This document shows, in pieces, positions 38,515 to 47,474 of a stretch of 64,000 nucleotides of DNA (position 1 is its first letter; the number at the start of each line of letters is the position of its first letter). The DNA is from Minisyncoccota bacterium (lineage in GTDB: Bacteria; Patescibacteriota; Minisyncoccia; Phycocordibacterales; UBA5272), in contig JAXLZS010000001.1 in NCBI GenBank assembly GCA_046350775.1, positions 351,930 through 415,929 on the forward strand, written 5' to 3'. The notes beneath the pieces are model-generated. The model was given only the letters and a program-made list of their open reading frames with translations, did not search any database and had not been told where the DNA came from. The translations under genes were made by a program, and so were the position numbers.

Positions 38515-38790
38515 TTAATTAAAAAATCCTGTAATAAAATCATAAATCGCTCCAGCTGAAAAGACAATGATTAGACCTATGAGGCCCCATAGCATATGCT
38601 TTTTTCCTTTATTTATATCCATAAAACCTGAGGTACTTTTGCCAGCATCGTCTTTTCCTACATATTTCGCATACATAAACATGACCACACCATATAAAAA
38701 CCACACAAAACAAAGTCCTGAAAATAGATAAATAAAAGGATTAACTATATTATCAACGACAGCGAGTGAAAATTTGTCCAAAGCTTGCAT
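38515..38790 (-). CDS. small membrane protein P1 of the two-helix hairpin paralog family (91 aa)
   Basis: FxxYGxVxFxY...K...MLWGLIGL...G two-TM hairpin shared with the ORFs at 38896, 40033, 40403, 41217 and 42292. Confidence 0.5.
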   Translation of the reverse strand: MQALDKFSLAVVDNIVNPFIYLFSGLCFVWFLYGVVMFMYAKYVGKDDAGKSTSGFMDINKGKKHMLWGLIGLIIVFSAGAIYDFITGFFN

Positions 38791-38827
38791 ATATTTTATT
38801 TATATAAAAAATTATAGCATGAGAATA

Positions 38828-38870
38828 ATAAAAACAAAACACTCTCCATATAATACATGGAGAGTGTTTT
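38828..38870 (-). terminator. rho-independent terminator after P2
   Basis: 12-bp perfect stem AACACUCUCCAU/AUGGAGAGUGUU with a 7-nt loop, followed on the minus strand by a T-rich tract. Confidence 0.6.
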
Positions 38871-38895
38871 AAAATATAATCTTTACAAATTAATC

Positions 38896-39450
38896 TTATT
38901 GAGGAAGCTGAACAGAGCGAACTGTGGTGTTTGGATTAATACCAATAGCATCACCAAAGAAAGCTAGTATTCCCCATAGAGCGACCATGACAAAGATGGC
39001 TAAAAGAGAATACATCATGCCCGAAAGATCTTTTGTCTTTTTTTCAGCATTGTCCTTATTAACAATAACATATCTAATCAAGTACCAGAAAAATACAACT
39101 ACTGCTATACCTGTCAAAATTGGAGGAAGCATCCTGACTAGACCACCGACTTGCGCAATTAAGTTTGCTACAAAAGATAGATCTGCTGTGTTACTTGTCC
39201 TTTGATAATTTCCCTGCTGAAAGCCACCATTCACAGCACCTCCATTTACTACTGTACCGTTTGCTGGTCTAGGAGTACTAGCTCCAGATCCAGTTGTCAC
39301 TCCGACACCTACAGATGTCTGAGCACAGGATCCATCTTGATTATATCTGACACAGACAACATTTACTGATCCGCCAGTAATCTGAGCAAAAGATGAATTA
39401 AAAGATAATACTAAAGCCAAACCCATTAAAACTCCGATAAATTTTTTCAT
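38896..39450 (-). CDS. secreted protein P2: signal peptide, Gly/Cys-containing extracellular region, and a C-terminal two-helix hairpin domain
   Basis: MKKFIGVLMGLALVLSFNSSFA signal, then the VVFFWYLIRYVIVNK...MMYSLLAIFVMVALWGIL hairpin of the paralog family. Confidence 0.5.
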   Translation of the reverse strand: MKKFIGVLMGLALVLSFNSSFAQITGGSVNVVCVRYNQDGSCAQTSVGVGVTTGSGASTPRPANGTVVNGGAVNGGFQQGNYQRTSNTADLSFVANLIAQVGGLVRMLPPILTGIAVVVFFWYLIRYVIVNKDNAEKKTKDLSGMMYSLLAIFVMVALWGILAFFGDAIGINPNTTVRSVQLPQ

Positions 39451-39595
39451 AATATCTGTATATTTTATTTAAAATAAATAATGTGTAAAGATTATCTGAC
39501 TAAAATAATCATAAAATTATTATATCATTAAAAAATAAAAGGCAATCTTTTTATTCACAATAAAAAACACTGTCAATTAAGCAGTGTTCAATTTT

Positions 39596-39814
39596 TCAGT
39601 TTTCTGTTTTTCTTTTTCGAAAAAACATATATAGAAATAATTCCCATACTCCATAAAGCACAGACCCTACCAGATATACGACTGAACATCTTTGTACAAG
39701 AGTAGCTTCTTTTGAGTCTACATATGAATTATTCCAAATAACAAATATCGAGACCGCAAGAAGTATCCAAAACATTTTTTTAGAAAAAACAAAACTTAAA
39801 ATCTTTGTTGTCAT
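39596..39814 (-). CDS. small 2-TM membrane protein
   Basis: 72 aa with two hydrophobic helices. A sigma70-like promoter lies just upstream. Confidence 0.3.
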   Translation of the reverse strand: MTTKILSFVFSKKMFWILLAVSIFVIWNNSYVDSKEATLVQRCSVVYLVGSVLYGVWELFLYMFFRKRKTEN

Positions 39815-39859
39815 TTCAGCGAATTTTAAGACGGTGATTAAATAATATTAAGAATCAAC

Positions 39860-39900
39860 TATATATATCATATCACTATATATATTATTTGTCAAGTATA
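39860..39900 (-). promoter_or_regulatory. sigma70-like promoter (minus strand)
   Basis: Minus-strand reading: tacTTGACAaat, a 17-nt spacer, then TATGAT. Confidence 0.45.
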
Positions 39901-40032
39901 TATATAAAATAAAAAATAGCCGTTAATTAGCCACATATTATATCAATAGAGATATCGTCTGTGGTTAATCACGACAATATATATATTGAAAAATGTGTAT
40001 AATTAAAGGCTATTGAAAGAAGATTGGAAATA

Positions 40033-40287
40033 CTATTTCTTTTCTTCTTTCTTAGGCTCGGATTTTTTAAAGGCTCCAAAAAGGTAACCCAAAAATCCCA
40101 TCAGCATAATGAATCCGAAAAGAGTTTTACCTTTTTCGTTCGGGCGGAAAAGTGTGTCCACTAATCCAGCGATTGCTCCAGAAAGAGCATTTCCGGCAGT
40201 GGTCATTGCGGCTCCACTACTCATAATGAGAAGCACTATTACTACAGCTATAAACCATTTCATGACTAATGATTTAATTGTTAACAA
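40033..40287 (-). CDS. small membrane protein P3 of the hairpin paralog family (84 aa)
   Basis: Signal-like N-terminus and ...RPNEKGKTLFGFIMLMGFLGYLFG resembling the loop-helix-2 part of the family. Confidence 0.4.
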   Translation of the reverse strand: MLTIKSLVMKWFIAVVIVLLIMSSGAAMTTAGNALSGAIAGLVDTLFRPNEKGKTLFGFIMLMGFLGYLFGAFKKSEPKKEEKK

Positions 40288-40334
40288 TTAATGCTCCTTG
40301 AACCCACTTCGTGGCGATACAAAGAACATTTGAT

Positions 40335-40380
40335 ATATCTATACATAGTATACACCAATGAAAATATTTGTCAAGTACTT
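40335..40380 (-). promoter_or_regulatory. sigma70-like promoter (minus strand), with the same TACTTGACAAAT -35 context as at 39860-39900
   Basis: Minus-strand reading: tacTTGACAaat, a spacer of about 16 nt, then TATACT. Confidence 0.45.
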
Positions 40381-40402
40381 AGAATACCCTTATTTTTAAA
40401 GG

Positions 40403-41212
40403 CTATTGGACTGGAGCTGTACAATCTTTTACCAAAATCTTTGAATTTACAGTGGTTTTACCTGTATCAGTAGAAAGTGCTTCCCATGTCACCTTTCCTA
40501 CAATTCCATCCACAGGAGAGATTTTGTTTATTGTCTGAAAAGCTTTTGTAAATCTTGTGTCATCAATATCGTAGGTAGTACCAAATCCAGAAAGATTATT
40601 TGATATACAATTTTTATTTTGTAAAAGTTTAAACAGTAAATCTATTATTGGCTGATCACCTCCAGCGCCACCTTTTAGAGTATTGTTAGCGCCGACTCTT
40701 ATGACTGGAAAATTTGCTGTGTCAGCAAAAGGATTTTCTATAGTTAGAGAACCGGAGGTCTTTCCAGATACTCCATTTGTACTATTATTTGTATTACTTA
40801 TATTTGATTTGTCAGAATATCCTGAATAAGAAAAAGATACTGGCTTAATATCTATACTTGATCCATTTATATCGAGGGATGTCTGAAATAGTTTTATAAT
40901 TCCCGATACAGAGACCATCACAAAAAGAGCAAGTAGTCCCCACATCATAAACTCTTTACCTTTTACAAGTTCTTTCATGTCGCCTTTGCCTGTCACTCTT
41001 CCATATATAAATACCACCACTCCATAAAAGAAAACTAAAAAGGCTGCTGTCATGATAAGAGTTATAGCAGTAGAGACGATATTATTTGTAATATTATCTC
41101 CAAGCTTTTTTATATTTGCTGTACCATCTGATTGGGCTAAAGAAATTTTTGAAAAAATGACAAAAATTATAGGTGCTATAAATAATACTTTTTTTGTAAA
41201 TTTATTTATCAT
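40403..41212 (-). CDS. secreted protein P4: two-helix hairpin domain plus a C-terminal peptidoglycan-binding (PG_binding_1-like) domain
   Basis: Start placed at MINKFTKKVLFIAPIIF (signal peptide). Hairpin LVFFYGVVVFIYGRVTGKGDMKELVKGKEFMMWGLLALFVMVSVSGIIKLF. The C-terminus has ...AFQTINKISPVDGIVGKVTWEAL, typical of PG-binding repeats. Confidence 0.5.
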   Translation of the reverse strand: MINKFTKKVLFIAPIIFVIFSKISLAQSDGTANIKKLGDNITNNIVSTAITLIMTAAFLVFFYGVVVFIYGRVTGKGDMKELVKGKEFMMWGLLALFVMVSVSGIIKLFQTSLDINGSSIDIKPVSFSYSGYSDKSNISNTNNSTNGVSGKTSGSLTIENPFADTANFPVIRVGANNTLKGGAGGDQPIIDLLFKLLQNKNCISNNLSGFGTTYDIDDTRFTKAFQTINKISPVDGIVGKVTWEALSTDTGKTTVNSKILVKDCTAPVQ

Positions 41213-41216
41213 ATTA

Positions 41217-42245
41217 TTATTTACATGAGTATGTACCAGGAGAAAGAAATACAGCTCTAGTTGATGGACCGACAATACCATCTTGTACTAGATAGTTTTT
41301 TTGCTGGAATAGTTTGACTCCATCTTCTGTAGCTTTATCAAAAGTCCCACTAGCACTACCGTAGTAGCAACCTAAATCAATGAGTAACTTTTGTAAATTT
41401 GTGATATCTGATGCGGATCCGTTTCCTATAGATATATCTGACCAATTTTTAGTACCATATACATCGCCAGTCACAGGAGCATTCAAATATCTATAAAGAA
41501 TGACGGCTTTTGTAGACTCTCCCACTATACCATCATCTACTAATTTATTTTTTCTTTGAAAATCTTTTAAAGCTTCTGTTGTCTTTGTGCCAAAATCACC
41601 ATCTACTCCATCCTTGTTTGGACCTGTGACACCTAAATTATAACCTTGTACTGTTAAGAATTTTTGAAGCTGTGCTACCCAAGTCTTGTTGTTTTTAAAA
41701 TTATTATCAATTTTCCAAAGAGCAACTTTACTAGCATCATAATCGCCTGTTATTAGTTTATTTTGATCAAAAGGTTTATCACCACTAAGCGCGGCTAGTT
41801 CGCTGACACCAGGATTTCCTGATCCAGCACCACAACTACCATTCACACATACTCGTGGCAAATTAATATCTGTACCCTCAACACTTAAAAATCCTTGAAA
41901 TAATTTTATTATTCCCCAGACAGATACAAAAACAAATAATCCTACTAAGCCCCAAAGCATCATCTCTTTGTCTTTTTGATCAATAGTGGCTTTTTGTCTG
42001 TGATAAATAAATAACACCATGCCCCACAAAAATACAACCAAAGCCACTCCGCCAAGTAGTACAACTAAATTTTGTACTACATTTTTATTTAGATTTGTTA
42101 TTAAAGTACCAATTTCTGAAAAATTTGTTATTTCCACATTTGTACTAGTCTGAGCAAAAGAAAAAGAAATAAATGACAAAGAAAACAGAGAAAGAAAAAC
42201 AAAAAACTTTATAAAATTACTTTTGATAAAAATATTTTTTGACAT
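41217..42245 (-). CDS. secreted protein P5: two-helix hairpin domain plus two peptidoglycan-binding domains
   Basis: Signal peptide and hairpin VVFLWGMVLFIYHRQKATIDQKDKEMMLWGLVGLFVFVSVWGIIKLF. Two PG_binding_1-like repeats (LQKFLTVQGYNLG...DGDFGTKTTEALKDFQ and LQKLLIDLGCYYG...DGVKLFQQKNYLVQDGIVGPSTRAVFL). Confidence 0.55.
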   Translation of the reverse strand: MSKNIFIKSNFIKFFVFLSLFSLSFISFSFAQTSTNVEITNFSEIGTLITNLNKNVVQNLVVLLGGVALVVFLWGMVLFIYHRQKATIDQKDKEMMLWGLVGLFVFVSVWGIIKLFQGFLSVEGTDINLPRVCVNGSCGAGSGNPGVSELAALSGDKPFDQNKLITGDYDASKVALWKIDNNFKNNKTWVAQLQKFLTVQGYNLGVTGPNKDGVDGDFGTKTTEALKDFQRKNKLVDDGIVGESTKAVILYRYLNAPVTGDVYGTKNWSDISIGNGSASDITNLQKLLIDLGCYYGSASGTFDKATEDGVKLFQQKNYLVQDGIVGPSTRAVFLSPGTYSCK

Positions 42246-42291
42246 AAATTAAAGTATTTATTAATACTAAAATTATATCACAGAAAAATCT

Positions 42292-43179
42292 TTAATCACT
42301 TGTTGTAGATGCTGTATTTGAATTATTGACCACACCATCAGCCTGAGAAGACACATCTTTTATTGTGTTTAGTAAAATCATGACCAACATCTGTGCGGCA
42401 GCTGTTATTGCTATGGCTAAGACTACACGCATTCCAAACTTTTTAGCCTTATCTAATTCTGTAGAATTACCCTGAGCCCTTACAAACATAAAACCAGTAA
42501 AAATAACAGATACAACAAGTATCGGTCCTGCAATATAATTTATTAAAAATTTAATTGTTAAAAGAATTAAAGACCCTATGGTTTGTTGTGGGAAAAAATT
42601 AACATATCCACTATTGCCAGAGCTGATGGCTGGTATCTCTTGAGCTACAGCATGTGTAAAAAAGCTAAAATCATTAAATGCGAAAATTTGCCTAAAGAAA
42701 TCTAATAAATCTGAATTTAAACCAAGAGTTGATAGAAAACCTAGAAGTAAAGGGAACATCAGCATTAAAATAAGTAGAGATAATATTGTAGAATTTAGAC
42801 CTTTTTTCCATTTTTTTAGATATTCTGGATTTTCGCCACGATAAATATAGCCAATAGCAAAGATTAGCAATCTTAATACCAAGGCTATGATTAATAAGTA
42901 CACCACCACTCTAGCAATATCGACTATTAACTTTACGGCATCTTTTGGGCTACATTGTGTGTCTGTTATCACACCAGGCAATGTCCTACCACAATCTGGT
43001 ATCAGACCTTTTCCATTATTTCCTATATTTTCTATACTTTTTACAGCTTCATCGGTAGCCACACCAGATACTACAGCAAATGTATTTTGACTATAAGATA
43101 AAAATCCAAATGCAAATAATAAAATCAGAAACGTCACCAGATTTTTTTTGAAAAGATTTTTTAGATTTATTTTTTTCAT
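42292..43179 (-). CDS. secreted polytopic membrane protein P6 with two internal copies of the hairpin domain
   Basis: Signal peptide and a Cys-containing extracellular segment. The hairpins are IGYIYRGENPEYLKKWKKGLNSTILSLLILML and FTGFMFVRAQGNSTELDKAKKFGMRVVLAIAI. Confidence 0.45.
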   Translation of the reverse strand: MKKINLKNLFKKNLVTFLILLFAFGFLSYSQNTFAVVSGVATDEAVKSIENIGNNGKGLIPDCGRTLPGVITDTQCSPKDAVKLIVDIARVVVYLLIIALVLRLLIFAIGYIYRGENPEYLKKWKKGLNSTILSLLILMLMFPLLLGFLSTLGLNSDLLDFFRQIFAFNDFSFFTHAVAQEIPAISSGNSGYVNFFPQQTIGSLILLTIKFLINYIAGPILVVSVIFTGFMFVRAQGNSTELDKAKKFGMRVVLAIAITAAAQMLVMILLNTIKDVSSQADGVVNNSNTASTTSD

Positions 43180-43190
43180 ATTTTTAAAAA

Positions 43191-44564
43191 TTAATTTTCT
43201 CCATTGTAGACATTTTGTAAATTCTGAGAGAAGGCAGTGCTTGCTTCTACTGTACTCGCCTCTCCATTATATACTTTACGTATAGCTTCACGCATAAGAG
43301 TCTCAAGATCTCTTCTATGCAAATCGTAAAATCCTTTACTCATAAGGGCACTATTTCCAAATATTTCAGCCCCTTGCGATCCAGATGCCATATCATTAGC
43401 AATATTTGCTTTGAGGGCGGATATACCCCCTGTCAGAGCCACCAGACTCTGATTTATTGAGCCTGTACCAGAGGCAAGTGAGATCATTACTTGATAGGCT
43501 AGACTTGTAGGACTAGCTCCAGGACTTGTACGAAGCATAAATATAGTATTTAATCTTCCATAAGTAGATCTCACAATACTGCTGTCGGCTTGTGGTAAAT
43601 ATGTATAATCAAAATAAAGTTTTTGATTGGCTGATTTTATATATTCAGCCTCACTGGCATATCCAATATAAAAAGCTAGATTCCCAGATATGAATTCTTG
43701 AAGAGCATTTCCTGATTTAGCATTCCAATTATAAGAAGTCTTTTGTGTATCAGAAAAATCTTTTGAAAATGCTAAAGCAGAATTTAGTGGTGAAATTCCT
43801 CCTTGTGATGCACTCTCATCTACTAATACAGAGTAGGAGGATACAGAATTACCATTTGCATCTCTCGTAGATCCAAGAGAAACTGGGGTTTGGCCTTGTT
43901 GTATAACCATAGCCAACAAAATATCACTTATGTGAGGAATATTATCATATGTACCAAAAGCAATAGTAGACAAATAAAGATTACCGTTATCATCTTTTTT
44001 AGTTATCTTGTCATTATAACCATAAAATTGTCCCCAAGTAGTAGGAGGAGCGGCAAAACCATTGCTAGACAAAATATCCCTATTATAATAAAGAACGAGA
44101 GGATCTACAGACAAAGGTAGACCAAGATATCCGTAAGGCATCATTATTAAAAGTGAGGCTTCGTCTATAAATTGATTACGAAAATTTGATTCTGATATTG
44201 TGGCTGTATTCACAGGATAAATACGAGAAATATTTGAAAATAATATATCGGATGGAGCTATTATAAGATCTGGTGCCACACCATCAGCTATGGCTGTGAT
44301 TAGTTTAGAATTAATCTTGTCATAAGGCACTTCGGTATAATTCATAGAGTATGATTTGGCTGTCTTATCAAAAAGATCCACAAAGCGAGACATGGCATCA
44401 TTTGGAATTGTGCCCCACACATTGACAGTGCCAGTCAATTTTTGAGTCGATGAAGAATTAAAAATTGGAAGCTTGCCAGAAAATCCTAGCATGGCTATGA
44501 TTACAGCAAATATTCCTAGACCAAATAAAATGCTTTTAAAATTTAAAATTTTTCCAAAATTCAT
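43191..44564 (-). CDS. membrane-anchored extracellular solute-binding protein (ABC transporter SBP, family 1-like)
   Basis: N-terminal TM anchor and a 457-aa periplasmic-binding-protein fold (VNVWGT...). No cognate permease or ATPase is adjacent. Confidence 0.5.
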   Translation of the reverse strand: MNFGKILNFKSILFGLGIFAVIIAMLGFSGKLPIFNSSSTQKLTGTVNVWGTIPNDAMSRFVDLFDKTAKSYSMNYTEVPYDKINSKLITAIADGVAPDLIIAPSDILFSNISRIYPVNTATISESNFRNQFIDEASLLIMMPYGYLGLPLSVDPLVLYYNRDILSSNGFAAPPTTWGQFYGYNDKITKKDDNGNLYLSTIAFGTYDNIPHISDILLAMVIQQGQTPVSLGSTRDANGNSVSSYSVLVDESASQGGISPLNSALAFSKDFSDTQKTSYNWNAKSGNALQEFISGNLAFYIGYASEAEYIKSANQKLYFDYTYLPQADSSIVRSTYGRLNTIFMLRTSPGASPTSLAYQVMISLASGTGSINQSLVALTGGISALKANIANDMASGSQGAEIFGNSALMSKGFYDLHRRDLETLMREAIRKVYNGEASTVEASTAFSQNLQNVYNGEN

Positions 44565-44612
44565 ATATTTATTTATGTAAAAATTATATCACGAATCACT
44601 ATTTAAAAAATT

Positions 44613-45134
44613 TTAATTCTGCATAGCGATAAAAGCATAATGATATTCACCTGCTGGGAGATGTTTTTTTATGAAAAAATCACTTTTAGCCAAGACCGCT
44701 ATTATTTTTTCTTCAGGCACAATATTTTCTCTTTTATTTAAAATCGGATGATCCATTTTTTTCCAATCAACCACTAAAAGTATGCCTCCCGGTTTTAAAA
44801 TTCTTTTTATTTCACTTAAAAGATTATTAAAATCTTTTATTTGTCCTAAGACATTTGATAGTAAGATAGCGTCACAAGAAAGACTTTCTATTTGTACATT
44901 TTTCTCAATATCAGCCAATAAGGTATCTATGTTTATCAGATTCATTTTTTCTGCTTCACGGTTTATTTTATCCAAAATCTCTTTATGAATATCCACAGCG
45001 TAGATCTTTCCTCTATCTCCGACAATTTTAGAAACAGCAAAAACATAAGCTCCAGATCCACATCCAAAATCTGCTACCGTATCACCCCTTCTTAAATTTA
45101 AATTTTCTACAATTTGTACTGGCGATAAAAACAT
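44613..45134 (-). CDS. class I SAM-dependent methyltransferase
   Basis: Motif I VADFGCGSGAY and motif II/post-I acidic residues. Confidence 0.6.
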   Translation of the reverse strand: MFLSPVQIVENLNLRRGDTVADFGCGSGAYVFAVSKIVGDRGKIYAVDIHKEILDKINREAEKMNLINIDTLLADIEKNVQIESLSCDAILLSNVLGQIKDFNNLLSEIKRILKPGGILLVVDWKKMDHPILNKRENIVPEEKIIAVLAKSDFFIKKHLPAGEYHYAFIAMQN

Positions 45135-45145
45135 ATACTGTTTAT

Positions 45146-45679
45146 TTATTTTTTAGTAGTGCTAGCTGTAGGTAAAACATTTACACAAATAGACTGACCA
45201 GAGATAGGAGTTAGTTTTTTAGAAGTTGTACTGTAAGCTTGAGATTTTGTAAAATCAACTGGACATTCACAGTTTGGATATGATTCATCTTTAAATATCT
45301 GATTGGATGGACAAGATGTATTATTTTCATAATTCCAATAATCTTTTGCTATTTTGTATACTTTTAAACCTACAGAATAATAATCTGTGGTTTTTTTGTT
45401 TGGTTTTGATTTATAATCATAAATATTTATACCTTCCCAAATAATCCAAAGAATTACTAAAACTAAAAATAGAGATTTTGTGATCATCCAAAAAACACTT
45501 CCACTCTCTCTTTTTAAAAGATGCGTAGGTACTGGCACATTAGAATTTGCCTCCCAAAGAGCCTCGTTGATTTCTTTTTCTCTCCATCCAACAGAAAGCA
45601 AATAATCTATAATTTGCTCTTGAGGTATTCCAAGTGATGATTGCTTTTTTATGTAGTCTACGAGTTGACCATTTACCAT
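45146..45679 (-). CDS. hypothetical bitopic protein with a Cys-rich extracellular C-terminus
   Basis: A cytoplasmic helical N-domain, one TM, then a CPSNQ...CECP...C pattern. Confidence 0.3.
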   Translation of the reverse strand: MVNGQLVDYIKKQSSLGIPQEQIIDYLLSVGWREKEINEALWEANSNVPVPTHLLKRESGSVFWMITKSLFLVLVILWIIWEGINIYDYKSKPNKKTTDYYSVGLKVYKIAKDYWNYENNTSCPSNQIFKDESYPNCECPVDFTKSQAYSTTSKKLTPISGQSICVNVLPTASTTKK

Positions 45680-45734
45680 AAATTTTTATTATTATTTCCC
45701 AAATATATTTTATCACGAAAAAATAGAAATTTAT

Positions 45735-45770
45735 TAATAAAAAGAAAAAGCTGACAAATGTCAGCTTTAA
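45735..45770 (-). terminator. rho-independent terminator
   Basis: Hairpin AAGCTGACA..TGTCAGCTT with a T-tract on the minus strand, downstream of the 45775-46542 gene. Confidence 0.5.
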
Positions 45771-45774
45771 AAAA

Positions 45775-46542
45775 TTAAATTTTAGGAAAATCACCAATCT
45801 GGAAACCAAAGGAATAAATAGTTCTTAAGATAGACAAGATATCTTTTAAGTCTAAAATTGCATCGATTGATGACTCGTCTCTTTTGTGGCCATTTTGATA
45901 TTTGTCACCAATTGACCAAAAAGTAATTTTAGAGGATGTGTCCAGCTTTAACTTTTGTAGTTCGATTTTTAATCTATCAAAGTAAACTTCATAAAAAATT
46001 TGATAAGACCTGAGATTTTGCTCTTTAAAAGAATCAAATTGACATAAATCCATTTCCACTTTTCCATTAAAATCAATAGAAATGTTTATACGAACGAAAT
46101 CTCTTTCTACTTTAAAAGTTCTTGTGACAGCTTTTTCTCTTTCGGTTTGAATCTCTTCTTTTGAAAAGAAAAAATGCATAGTTGCAAGCTCTTTACCAAC
46201 TTCTCCAAAACGACCTATTTCTTTTTTATACTCTAAAGAGCTAAACATTTCTTTAGGTATTTTAAGAGTAAAAGAAATATCTAAAAGTTTTTCTCCTTCA
46301 ATAAAGCATTCCGGGTCAGTGTTTAATTCTTCTTTTATTTCATATTTATCAAGCAAGGTCTGAATAAAAGAAAAAGAAAAGATACTCCAAAGTGAAATAA
46401 AATCATTTTTTGGAAATAATCCTAAAAGTTTATCAGTAAAAGAATAAAAATTTTCCAGAGATTCTTTTACATTATTACACGTCTTGGGAGCAAGATTATC
46501 TTTAATAAGAGTAACTTCTTGCTCAGAAATTTTTGGAAACAT
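45775..46542 (-). CDS. hypothetical protein
   Basis: 255 aa soluble protein. No motif recognised. Confidence 0.3.
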   Translation of the reverse strand: MFPKISEQEVTLIKDNLAPKTCNNVKESLENFYSFTDKLLGLFPKNDFISLWSIFSFSFIQTLLDKYEIKEELNTDPECFIEGEKLLDISFTLKIPKEMFSSLEYKKEIGRFGEVGKELATMHFFFSKEEIQTEREKAVTRTFKVERDFVRINISIDFNGKVEMDLCQFDSFKEQNLRSYQIFYEVYFDRLKIELQKLKLDTSSKITFWSIGDKYQNGHKRDESSIDAILDLKDILSILRTIYSFGFQIGDFPKI

Positions 46543-46642
46543 AATTTAAATTTTTAATTTTTAAAGAATTTTTTACTATTGTCATATTATTAAAAATAGT
46601 TTATAATATCAATATGTCGTACGACTTTCGACAACAGTATTT

Positions 46643-47434
46643 ATGAATAAAGAAAGCAATCAAAAAACAAAAGAGTTTTTAAACAAACTTGGTCTGTCAG
46701 ACAAAGAAATTTTAGTATATTTACATATCTTATACTCTGGTCCACAACACGTAGCAAAAATAGGACAATCATGTAAATTAACAAGGACAAATACTTATGA
46801 CGTTATTAAAAAACTAGAAGAAAAAGGACTTTGTCATAATTTAGGATCTGAATATGGTAAAAAAATAAAAGCAAACTCCCCTAACCAACTAAAAGATTTA
46901 ATAGAAATAAAAGAAAAAGAGATAAAATCTTACAAGTTAGAATTTGAAAATATAGTATCAGATTTAGAAAAAAATAATTTTAAAGATGATAATAAGGTCT
47001 ATAATGTTTCTTATTTTAAAGGAAAGGAAAATCTAAAAAAAATATTAAATCTTACACTTTTAAATAAAGAAAAAGAAATATTAATAGCTGGTTCTGAGCT
47101 TGATATGATAAATATTTTAGGAGAAGAATTTATGGTAAGTTATAACGAAAAAAGAATTAGTAAAAAAATAAAATTATTCTCTTTAAGACCAGGAAATGTA
47201 CGAGGTAATAATATTATATTTAAAAATGATATTGAAAATTTAAGAGAGGTGAGGATAAGACCAGAAAATAAAATAAGATTAAAATCTATAACTATATTAT
47301 GGGATAATTTTATTTGCTTCTCTTCCTTCAACGAAGAAGATATGTTTGCTACTCTTATAGAAAATGAGCTCATATCAAAGACTCAAAAAAGTTGGTTTGA
47401 TTTTATTTGGGAAAAATCTAAAAAGATAAAATAA
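46643..47434 (+). CDS. TrmB-family transcriptional regulator (winged HTH)
   Basis: N-terminal HTH (LGLSDKEILVYLHILYSGPQHVAKIGQSCKLTRTNTYDVIKKLEEKGL), as in TrmB sugar regulators. Confidence 0.5.
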   Translation: MNKESNQKTKEFLNKLGLSDKEILVYLHILYSGPQHVAKIGQSCKLTRTNTYDVIKKLEEKGLCHNLGSEYGKKIKANSPNQLKDLIEIKEKEIKSYKLEFENIVSDLEKNNFKDDNKVYNVSYFKGKENLKKILNLTLLNKEKEILIAGSELDMINILGEEFMVSYNEKRISKKIKLFSLRPGNVRGNNIIFKNDIENLREVRIRPENKIRLKSITILWDNFICFSSFNEEDMFATLIENELISKTQKSWFDFIWEKSKKIK

Positions 47435-47474
47435 AAAAGCTCTCATGAGCTCTTTTGTTATTTATTTTCTATAA

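Noticed and set aside
40000-40415. Shared motif AAAGGCTATTG just downstream of the P3 and P4 stops
   Set aside because: The position relative to the stop codons differs (13 nt after versus overlapping). It is probably chance or part of the duplicated intergenic DNA.
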